From NCBI GenBank assembly GCA_041306805.1, contig JBFZEN010000151.1, positions 1-29,543 of the forward strand: a DNA stretch of 29,543 nt, given 5' to 3'. The DNA is from a bacterium. Lineage in GTDB: Bacteria > Zhuqueibacterota > QNDG01 > DTFT01. Under the pieces are notes generated by a model. The model saw nothing but the letters and a program-made list of their open reading frames with translations, was not told where the DNA came from and did not search any database. Position 1 is the stretch's first letter, and each line of letters begins with the position of its first letter. The translations under genes were made by a program, and so were the position numbers. Positions 17,347 through 24,791 of this stretch are shown here, one piece after another.

Positions 17347-18107
17347 ATATTCCCTCCGTGGTTTAGCCATGACCTGAACCGGCTCGACCATTCGGGATGG
17401 CCGGTCAGGACTTGTTCCAATTCGGACGCGTCGAGCCTCTCCGTTTTTATGAACCCGTTGATTTGAGGGCGGTATTTTTGAACGACATCCGCCGGAACCC
17501 CGTTCAGCCTGCGCGCGTTCTCGTAATCGTCCAGCAGTTTTTCAAGATCTTTTTTTCTGACCGAAATCCATTCATCTCCGGCCTGATGACGCATGGATAC
17601 GGGCGCCTTGAGCGGACGCGCTCCGCTCCATTCATTCAATTCGTTCAGCCGGACGGTGAAAGACGGTTCCCCTGAAACCGCGGCCATGCGCTTTTCAAGC
17701 CGTGACAGCCTCTTCAGAACCGTCGCCTCCTGAATGAAAAAGACCCCCGCGATCAAAACGGCCGCGACTGCGAAAACCGGCCTGGCGGCCTCGTGCCGTG
17801 AAAAACCGTCGATCAACGGCAGAATTCCTTTTATGGACCCCACCCGCTTGATCGTCCGGCCCGTTTTTCCTCTTGAGGTGCTTTCCACCGCCGAGGCGAT
17901 GCGTTCCGCCAGCCCCGCCGGATCCGCGGTGCGCGGCGTTTCCAGGCGCGCCGCGTCGAGCAGCCCTTCCATCCTGTTCACGCCGTCCCGAACGGCCGCG
18001 CAGGCCGGGCACCGCTTCAGATGTCTTTCCAGCGCTTCCGCCTGTCCGGGGGAAAGCTCACCCGGCCTGTTCAGGTGCGCGAGTTTTTGATATCGTTTGC
18101 AGCCCAT
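17343..18107 (-). CDS. Zinc-binding (ZAS/zf-HC2) transmembrane anti-sigma factor
   Basis: C3...HLKRCPAC (HxxxCxxC); single TM VFAVAAVLIAGVFFI; starts 1 bp after the sigma stop. Confidence 0.85.
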   Translation of the reverse strand: MGCKRYQKLAHLNRPGELSPGQAEALERHLKRCPACAAVRDGVNRMEGLLDAARLETPRTADPAGLAERIASAVESTSRGKTGRTIKRVGSIKGILPLIDGFSRHEAARPVFAVAAVLIAGVFFIQEATVLKRLSRLEKRMAAVSGEPSFTVRLNELNEWSGARPLKAPVSMRHQAGDEWISVRKKDLEKLLDDYENARRLNGVPADVVQKYRPQINGFIKTERLDASELEQVLTGHPEWSSRFRSWLNHGGNI

Positions 18108-18108
18108 G

Positions 18109-18687
18109 TCATTGCCCCGTTTTGTATTGTTCTTCCATCTTTCCGCGCAGGAATCTCCTCGCGTGGATCAGGTTGTTTTTCACGGATGCCCTGGTCATGC
18201 GCAGCGCCCGTGCCGTCTCATCGATGCTCAGATCCTGAAGGTCCCTGAGAACGAACACCATTCTCTGCTTCGGCGGAAGTTCCCGGGCGAAACAATGGAT
18301 CAACCGCACCGCCTCCTTTCCGTCGAGATCCCGGGCCAAGTCCGCGTCCGGATCGGCAATTTCAATCCGGGTGCCGTTCAGGGGAACCTGTCCTGTTTTC
18401 CCTTTACTCTTTTTCGATTTAAGCGCGTCGAAGCAGACATTCGCGACAATGCGGTAAAACCATGTCGTGAATTTCCTTGCCGGATCGTATTCAGTCAGGT
18501 GTTTCCATACCCTGAGAAACGACTCCTGCACCGCGTCCTCGGCGTCGGCCGCGTTTCCCAGAAAGCGGAAAGCCAGGGCGTAGGCATACGGCTGGTTGTC
18601 GCGCACGAGGTTTCTGAATGCCTCGTTCGGCTCCATCCCGCGGGATCCGGTTTGGTCACAGTGACCGATGTCGTCTTGTCTCGGCAT
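18109..18687 (-). CDS. ECF RNA polymerase sigma factor
   Basis: Region 2 DAEDAVQESFLRVW...FTTWFYRIVAN and region 4 LPPKQRMVFVLRD...SIDETA. The start may be Met18 (18636). Confidence 0.92.
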   Translation of the reverse strand: MPRQDDIGHCDQTGSRGMEPNEAFRNLVRDNQPYAYALAFRFLGNAADAEDAVQESFLRVWKHLTEYDPARKFTTWFYRIVANVCFDALKSKKSKGKTGQVPLNGTRIEIADPDADLARDLDGKEAVRLIHCFARELPPKQRMVFVLRDLQDLSIDETARALRMTRASVKNNLIHARRFLRGKMEEQYKTGQ

Positions 18688-18781
18688 CTATCAATGATAC
18701 GATTGGAAAGCTGAAAAGTAAAATGTGATTCTCTGAGAAAAAGCAACAAGTCAGGCTGTTGGAGGACGTATCGCAATGCTC

Positions 18782-18828
18782 CAGTCCCGCTTTGGCGGGA
18801 TCAGTCCCGCTTTGGCGGGATCAGTCCC
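18782..18828. repeat. 20-bp tandem repeat x2.35, each unit a TCCCGC-CAAA-GCGGGA hairpin (REP-like)
   Basis: cagtcccgctttggcgggat at 18782 and 18802, partial cagtccc at 18822; overlaps the GH115 terminal codons and stop (18821-18823). Confidence 0.9.
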
Positions 18829-21787
18829 CGGCGAACCGCGTTTCATCCGGCCCGAAATAGCCCGGCTCCAGAGTGCATCCGCCGTCGGCAATGATCCTGT
18901 CTATGACGATGCCGGGGTCCACCGGCCAGATTCTGAGCGTGTGCCTTCCCGCGGAGCCTATCACATGCGCGGTCGAAACCAGGGCCGCGTTGCGCAGAAC
19001 GTCCTCCTGCCACCGGATGTCCCTTTCCCCCGTATAGGCCGGGCGCGATACCACGACGGGATTATCGTCGTCCAGCGCGATGGCGTAACGCTGGGCCGAA
19101 TCCGCTTCCATGGACCATGTCGGAAGCATGCGCACCGTCACCGTCCACGCGCCCGGACTGTCTATCCACATGGGGTAATCCAGACGGGGGGAGTCGGGCC
19201 GGATGCGGCCGGGCGCGGTATTGGATGAAAGGGTCACGGATTTTCCGTTGTACCCCAATCCCTCCGCGTCGATCCATGAAGCGTCCATGCCTGCGATCCG
19301 CGCGGACGCGTGTTCCGCTTCCATCACCACGCGGCGGTTGTCCTCGTAAAAGTCGCCCGGACGCATCGAACCGCATTGAGCAGGACGGCCGGCGCTCACG
19401 GGCACCGTGATCGACTTGCCCCCGCCCGAAAAACGGATGCAGGCTTGCGCGGTTTCACCCCCGGGCACTTTGGACCAGTCCGCCTCCACCCGGACGCGGG
19501 CGTCGCCCTTGCCGGACGAACGGTCCAGGCGTATCCATCCGGCGCAGGGTTGGGCCTTCCACGAAAATTTCCGTTTTCCCGTTCCGAAGACATCCACAAA
19601 ATACCGGCTTTTCGACAACGCATGGAACTGCGGCAGTCCGGGCGCTTCGGCGTCCTGTTCCGATGCCGTGACCGCTTTCCCGCTTCCTTCGACCGCAATA
19701 CCCCAGCCGGCCGCATCGGGAACCGCCGGAAAAGCCGTTTCGGGTATGCTGAAAACAGGCAGGTCGCGGGGGTGGTCTGACATCATGTGTTTCCATTTTC
19801 CGTCCGCCGTCTTTTCATTGTAGGCGGCGGTCAATTCATGGATGGCCTGCTCGGCGGAACGGGCCTGATCGAGCATGCGGGCCGCGCACGCGCGTCCCTG
19901 CCCGGCATAGGCGAAATACCGCGCCAGAAAAATCCCCTTTTCATTCATGAGCGCGGCCGCCCGGACCGGGTATCCGATTATCTCGAAAAAAGCGCCCCGC
20001 TGTTCGGGTTTCAATTTCTTCTCGACGGATTCGAGGGACGAAACCAGGGAACGGAACGCGTCGAGCCGCTTTTGCGCCTCGTCCCCGTTGGCGCTGACTG
20101 AAAACGCGGGCTTGGACAGAAACGGATGATTTGCGTCGAAGCCCATGTGCTCGGGCTTGCGTTGAAAGTGCAGCCGGTAGGTTTCCTTTAAAAGCGGCAG
20201 GACATCCTTCGCGATGCCGCTCCCGAAGTCCCTTGACAAAACGGCAGCCATGCCGTCCTCGCCGCTTCCGGGATTCCAGGCCAGTCTCAGCGCGCATTCA
20301 ATTCCGATTTCGGCGGGTTTGATGTCGCCGGCGTTGAAAATCCAGAACGTCCGGGCGCCGGTGTCCCACGCCTTCGTCATTTCCTCGCGCACCAGGGCGG
20401 GATGCGTCGAATGCAGCCAGAGGTAATCGTAAGGCCTTCCCCAATAGGAAATGTGGTAGTACACGCCGGCGCCGCCGCTTCGTTTTTGTTCCGCCGCGTT
20501 CGAGAATTGGCGCACATATCCGAAATTGTCGTCGGGCCAGACCAACGTGACGTCTCCGGGAATGTCATCGGCCCGTCGGTACAAATCGAGCGCCTCCTTG
20601 TAGGGGCAGAATATCTGGGGCACCCGGAAAACGTCCGGATCGACCCATTTCGCGAGCAGACTCCGCTGGTCGCGTATGACGCGTTCGAGCCTCTCCGCCT
20701 GTTCGTCGGGCGTGCCGCCGCCCGGCATGCCCGAGTCGTGTATGCCCCGCATCCCCAACGTGTAGATGGATTCGTATCGCGCGTTCTGCCTGACGCGGTC
20801 TTCCCAGTAGCGGAGCACGCCTTCGCGGTTTGTTTCGTAATTGTATTCGCCCGCGCCGTCGCGCATCCACTCGTCCACGTTGTTTCTCAGCATCTGCTCG
20901 CAATGGGATGAGCCCATCACGATGCCGAATTGATCCGCCAGTTCCCTGTTTTCCGGGTAGTAATTGAAGGCGCGCGTGCCCGGGTGCATGGCCGGCCACA
21001 GGACGTTTCCCCTCAGCCGCAGGATGAGTTCGAATATTTTTTCATACGCCCCGGGGCCGATGTTGCCTGTCTGCGCATCGAGCGTCTTGGCGGACCAGGG
21101 GAAAAGCCCCCAGTCTTCGTCATTCAGAAACAGGCCGCGGTACTTCACCCCGGGGGGGCCCTGCCTGTGCCGCAGCCCGGCTGGAAAGGCGATTTGTTTT
21201 GCCCTTCGGGGCGGCACGTCCGCCCACCAGACCCACGGCGAAACCCCGATGGACCCGGACAACTCGTATATGCCGTATACGGTGCCCCGCCTGTCGCTGC
21301 CGGCTATCACCAGGGCGCGGTCCATTCCCCGTACGGGATGTTCCACGACCCGGATCACCCAGCTTTCCCATTGCCCCCGCAGGCCTTCGGCGTCGATCGC
21401 CCCCGCCGCGGCAAGACTGTCAACCAGTCCGCCTCTTCCCAATTGCCCCATGATGACGGCCTGTTTGGAGGCGTTTGAAACGCCGCGGACCACCGACGGC
21501 TTGATGCCCGTCACGGACAGGATGTCTCCGGCCAGATCCTGGACGGCCCTGGCCACGGCCCTGTCTTGATGTGAATCACAATAAAGGACGGCGGCGGTTT
21601 TCCCATCAGCCAGGAAGAAATCGCCCTTTTGAGGCGGACTTGAAGGCTTCAATGTGGAAGCAACGACAGCCTCGACCGTCCACGCCGTGAGAAACAAAAG
21701 ACGGAAGAAACGCCTGAGCCGCCCCGCAGAAGATTCTGAAAAACACGTCACACCATCTATTGCTGTTTTTGATTTTTGATTTGTCAT
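18821..21787 (-). CDS. GH115 alpha-glucuronidase
   Basis: LVIAGSDRRGTVYG..ELS...GVSPW.WWAD, YRGLFLNDEDW, LWPAMH, GSSHCEQM, MRGIHD, WPDDNFGY and GVYYHISY motifs; C-terminal VMEAEH beta-sandwich. The start is uncertain (21787 lies in a repeat; alternative GTG at 21751). Confidence 0.9.
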   Translation of the reverse strand: MTNQKSKTAIDGVTCFSESSAGRLRRFFRLLFLTAWTVEAVVASTLKPSSPPQKGDFFLADGKTAAVLYCDSHQDRAVARAVQDLAGDILSVTGIKPSVVRGVSNASKQAVIMGQLGRGGLVDSLAAAGAIDAEGLRGQWESWVIRVVEHPVRGMDRALVIAGSDRRGTVYGIYELSGSIGVSPWVWWADVPPRRAKQIAFPAGLRHRQGPPGVKYRGLFLNDEDWGLFPWSAKTLDAQTGNIGPGAYEKIFELILRLRGNVLWPAMHPGTRAFNYYPENRELADQFGIVMGSSHCEQMLRNNVDEWMRDGAGEYNYETNREGVLRYWEDRVRQNARYESIYTLGMRGIHDSGMPGGGTPDEQAERLERVIRDQRSLLAKWVDPDVFRVPQIFCPYKEALDLYRRADDIPGDVTLVWPDDNFGYVRQFSNAAEQKRSGGAGVYYHISYWGRPYDYLWLHSTHPALVREEMTKAWDTGARTFWIFNAGDIKPAEIGIECALRLAWNPGSGEDGMAAVLSRDFGSGIAKDVLPLLKETYRLHFQRKPEHMGFDANHPFLSKPAFSVSANGDEAQKRLDAFRSLVSSLESVEKKLKPEQRGAFFEIIGYPVRAAALMNEKGIFLARYFAYAGQGRACAARMLDQARSAEQAIHELTAAYNEKTADGKWKHMMSDHPRDLPVFSIPETAFPAVPDAAGWGIAVEGSGKAVTASEQDAEAPGLPQFHALSKSRYFVDVFGTGKRKFSWKAQPCAGWIRLDRSSGKGDARVRVEADWSKVPGGETAQACIRFSGGGKSITVPVSAGRPAQCGSMRPGDFYEDNRRVVMEAEHASARIAGMDASWIDAEGLGYNGKSVTLSSNTAPGRIRPDSPRLDYPMWIDSPGAWTVTVRMLPTWSMEADSAQRYAIALDDDNPVVVSRPAYTGERDIRWQEDVLRNAALVSTAHVIGSAGRHTLRIWPVDPGIVIDRIIADGGCTLEPGYFGPDETRFAGD

Positions 21788-21820
21788 TTTGATATTTGAT
21801 TTTTCATTTTTTATTTTAGA
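21766..21820 (-). repeat. TCAAAAA heptad element, copy 3
   Basis: Sense strand aaaaaa tgaaaaa tcaaata tcaaaa tgacaaa tcaaaaa tcaaaaa. Confidence 0.85.
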
Positions 21821-21826
21821 AGCCTC

Positions 21827-23167
21827 TCATTCAGGAGTAATCCTGTACAGCCCCGATCCATGCGCAGGCAGAACCGCGCTGAATCCGTTTTCATGTCTGC
21901 CCAAATCCGTTTTCTTCCATAGATCTCTTACTGCACCGCTTCCGGACAATCCCAGATCGCCCCATGAAACCGCAATCTCCGACGGTCCGCCGTCGCCGAT
22001 ATTGAACAGCGCCAGGTATTTCGATTTCGAGCCGGGAATGTCAGCCGCCCACGCGACGGAATCGCCTTTCCTGAAAAGCTCGCGGTTGTTCGCGCTGTTC
22101 TGGTTGACGGCCAGCACCTCGCCGTTGGTGAGCAGCGAGATCGTGAACGCGTCGCTGGTCGGCAGGTCTCCCCCCATCATGAGGGGCGAGCGGAATATGC
22201 TCCACAGCGACATCAAAGTGACCTGTTCGTCGCGCGTGAAACGGCTCGGCCTGTCGTCGCCGCGCTCGGCCCGCAGGCCGATGTGCCCCAGCGGCAGCAT
22301 GTCCGCGTCGGGCCAGCCGCCCGGTGCGACGTGGGGCGCCCATTTTGCGCAAAGATCGAACTGTTCCTTCAAATCCTGCCAGCGGTCCCAGAAATCGTTC
22401 GAGATGCGCCAGAGCTGGGCATTCGCCTTGAGATGACCGGCCCTGTCCAACGGCGCGGGACCCGGCGACAGGCTGAGCACGATGGGTCTTCGACATTGAA
22501 GAATGGCCTTATGCAACGCCTCGATTTCTCCGGCATGATAGGGCGAGCTCATATCGTCGGCCTTGATGTAGTCCACGCCCCACGACGCGTACAGCGACAG
22601 AATGGAATTGTAATAATCCTGCGCCCCCGGCCTGTTCATGTTCACGCCGACCATGTCGGTCAGCCATGCGCACAGGCTCGTGGTGTCGGCCGCGTCGCGC
22701 GCCTTGTACCGGCTTTGATGGATGGGCGTGTTTTGCCTGAAGGCCTGGCGGGGAATTCCCCGCATGATGTGTATCCCGAATAGGAGCCCCTTTTGATGGA
22801 CGTAATCGGCCAGGGGCTTGAAGCCCTTTCCCTTCGCCGCCGACGGAAAACGGTTCAACGCCGGAAGCAGCCTTCCGTATTTGTCAATGACAAGCTCGGC
22901 GTCTTTTCTGTAGCCATGCGCCCCGGCCTTGGGCTCGTACCACTGGATGTCGACCACGATGGTGTTCCATCCGACCTGCGCCAGACGGGCGGACATGAAA
23001 TCGGCCTGGGCCTTCACCTCAAACTCGGTGACGGACGGCCCGTAGCAGTCCCAGCTGTTCCAGCCCATGGGCGGAGCCGGGGCGAGCAATACCTTGTCTT
23101 TGGATTGGGCATTCAGACACAATCCGAATATTGAAATCATGCCGGAAATCTGTCGCCATTTTTTCAT
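21827..23167 (-). CDS. GH27 glycosidase, probably beta-L-arabinopyranosidase-type
   Basis: PPMGWNSW, VVDIQWY, WGVDYIKADD, WRISNDFWD and PDADMLP motifs; C-terminal RDLW Greek-key domain; GGAGG SD before ATG 23167; signal peptide. Confidence 0.88.
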   Translation of the reverse strand: MKKWRQISGMISIFGLCLNAQSKDKVLLAPAPPMGWNSWDCYGPSVTEFEVKAQADFMSARLAQVGWNTIVVDIQWYEPKAGAHGYRKDAELVIDKYGRLLPALNRFPSAAKGKGFKPLADYVHQKGLLFGIHIMRGIPRQAFRQNTPIHQSRYKARDAADTTSLCAWLTDMVGVNMNRPGAQDYYNSILSLYASWGVDYIKADDMSSPYHAGEIEALHKAILQCRRPIVLSLSPGPAPLDRAGHLKANAQLWRISNDFWDRWQDLKEQFDLCAKWAPHVAPGGWPDADMLPLGHIGLRAERGDDRPSRFTRDEQVTLMSLWSIFRSPLMMGGDLPTSDAFTISLLTNGEVLAVNQNSANNRELFRKGDSVAWAADIPGSKSKYLALFNIGDGGPSEIAVSWGDLGLSGSGAVRDLWKKTDLGRHENGFSAVLPAHGSGLYRITPE

Positions 23168-23264
23168 TATTCTTATCCTCCACGACGGTGAATAGGAGTC
23201 GGATGGTTCCGGATTATTGTTATTCATTAATATTCTTTTCTTGAGCAAATACCAATATTTTAAC

Positions 23265-23312
23265 ATTTTGAATTATGATCCGTCATTTTGATTTTTGATC
23301 CTTGATTTTTTA
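23265..23312 (-). repeat. TCAAAAA heptad element, copy 4
   Basis: Sense strand aaaaaa tcaagga tcaaaaa tcaaaa tgacgga tcataat tcaaaat. Confidence 0.85.
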
Positions 23313-23331
23313 TTTATTAAATTTTGCCATA

Positions 23332-24597
23332 TTATTCTGCTGTTTCAATAATGTCTTTCCCTTCGTCCACATTCAGTTTAAGTCCTGAATGATCGACGTT
23401 TCTTACATTTTCGAGAACAAGACCTTTTTTGGCTTTGACGGCGCAATTTTTGAAAACCACGTTCTCGATGGGACTGTCTTTCAATCCGTGTATCAGGCCT
23501 CCCGATTCAGCCCGGCCCGAGACGCCGGTGATCCGGACGTTCCTGACCACGGGCAATACTCCGGCCGGCGGCGCGATCGGCGGCACCATGCGCCATTCCA
23601 TATTGAATTCGAAGGCCCGCCTCACGCCGTTCAGACGGATATTTTTGTAAACAATGTTTTCGACCGTGCCGCCGCGGCTGGGCTGCGTCTTGAAGCGGAT
23701 GGGCGCCCAGTTGCCGGCCTCCGCGACGCAGTGACGGACCTCGACATTCCGGATGCCTCCGGACGTTTCGCTGCCCATGGCCGCGCCTCCGTGTCCGTAT
23801 CCGAACCGGCATTTTTCGATCAAAATGGCTTCGCACGGCCGGTTGACGCGAAGACCGTCCGCGTCGCGCCCCGATTTGATCGAGATGCAGTCGTCGTTCA
23901 CGTCGATGTCGCAATTGCGGATTTTGACGAGCCTGCTCGAATCCACGTCGATGCCGTCCGAACTCGGTATGTTGTGGTCGGCCCGGATGGTGAGCCCGTC
24001 CGCGACAACGTTTTCGCAGTACAGAATGTGCAGGCACCACACGGCCTGGTTGTGCAGGTTCAGGCCGGAAATGCGGACATTCCTGCAGTTCTGGAAGCAG
24101 ATCAGCCTCGGCCTTCCGAAGCGCCGGGGAATGGCCTCGCCCGGAACGGGCGGCGCGGGTCTTTGGCGGCCCAGCCATAAATCGCCCGAACCGTCAATGG
24201 TCCCCCCGCCTTCCAGGCGGACGCCGTCGAGGCTGTCGCCGTTGATCAGCGCGCACGTCCATTCGCGTTCCACGCCTTCCCAGCGCGTCCAAACCTGGGG
24301 ATAGTCCGCGGGATCGGCCGTGCCCTTCAGCACGCCGCCCTTTTCAACCGTCATATGGACGCCTTTTTTCAGGAACAGCGCGCCCGTCAGGAACGTGTCC
24401 TTCGGCACCACGACGATTCCCCCGCCTTCGGCGGAGCACCGGTCTATGGCGGACTGGATGAAACCGGTGTTGACCGTCCTGGCGTCGCCCACTGCCCCGA
24501 AATCGGTGATGGGGTACTTCTTCTTGGCGATGGAAACATCAGCCGAAAAAACAAAAAGAATAAATGAAAAGAAGACGGCCGTTTGATTCATTCTCAT
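23332..24597 (-). CDS. GH28 polygalacturonase-like, secreted
   Basis: ITDFGAVGD, PSSDGIDVD, NDDCISIKSG, GHGGAAMGSE and IRFKT motifs; AGGAG SD; signal peptide. Confidence 0.92.
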   Translation of the reverse strand: MRMNQTAVFFSFILFVFSADVSIAKKKYPITDFGAVGDARTVNTGFIQSAIDRCSAEGGGIVVVPKDTFLTGALFLKKGVHMTVEKGGVLKGTADPADYPQVWTRWEGVEREWTCALINGDSLDGVRLEGGGTIDGSGDLWLGRQRPAPPVPGEAIPRRFGRPRLICFQNCRNVRISGLNLHNQAVWCLHILYCENVVADGLTIRADHNIPSSDGIDVDSSRLVKIRNCDIDVNDDCISIKSGRDADGLRVNRPCEAILIEKCRFGYGHGGAAMGSETSGGIRNVEVRHCVAEAGNWAPIRFKTQPSRGGTVENIVYKNIRLNGVRRAFEFNMEWRMVPPIAPPAGVLPVVRNVRITGVSGRAESGGLIHGLKDSPIENVVFKNCAVKAKKGLVLENVRNVDHSGLKLNVDEGKDIIETAE

Positions 24598-24627
24598 GTA
24601 AACACTCCTGACGCGTTTTTAAAAAGC

Positions 24628-24687
24628 ATTACCACACCTTAAATGAACGCAACTCTTTAGGGTTGCATAACAAAATAAATTACCACA
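24628..24687. promoter_or_regulatory. Candidate operator architecture in the divergent promoter region
   Basis: ATTACCACA direct repeat at 24628-24636 and 24679-24687, flanking the imperfect palindrome GCAACTCTTTAGGGTTGC (24649-24666). Confidence 0.4.
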
Positions 24688-24705
24688 TTACAAAGTCGAA
24701 ATCAA
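24677..24705 (-). promoter_or_regulatory. Putative sigma70 promoter for the GH28-GH27-GH115 operon
   Basis: TTGATT (24705-24700), 17-bp spacer ending in TGG, TAATTT (24682-24677); extended -10 TGn present. Confidence 0.5.
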
Positions 24706-24730
24706 GCCCAATTCACGGCCCAACCCCCGC

Positions 24731-24759
24731 TTGACTGTGACGAAAAAAAGCCTTAGATT
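24731..24759 (+). promoter_or_regulatory. Putative sigma70 promoter for the GH5 gene
   Basis: TTGACT (24731-24736), 17-bp spacer, TAGATT (24754-24759); 32 bp before the ATG with an AAGGAG SD. Confidence 0.55.
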
Positions 24760-24791
24760 GCACGCACCGGCCAAAATTGAAGGAGACCTCC

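Noticed and set aside
18690-18780. An ECF-type autoregulatory promoter upstream of the sigma gene
   Set aside because: No convincing -35/-10 pair could be identified by eye.
23168-23266. 33-aa N-terminal extension of GH27 (MLKYWY...MNNNN)
   Set aside because: It arises from AT-rich spacer and heptad sequence; ATG 23167 has a GGAGG SD and begins the signal peptide. Retained only as part of the coupling hypothesis.
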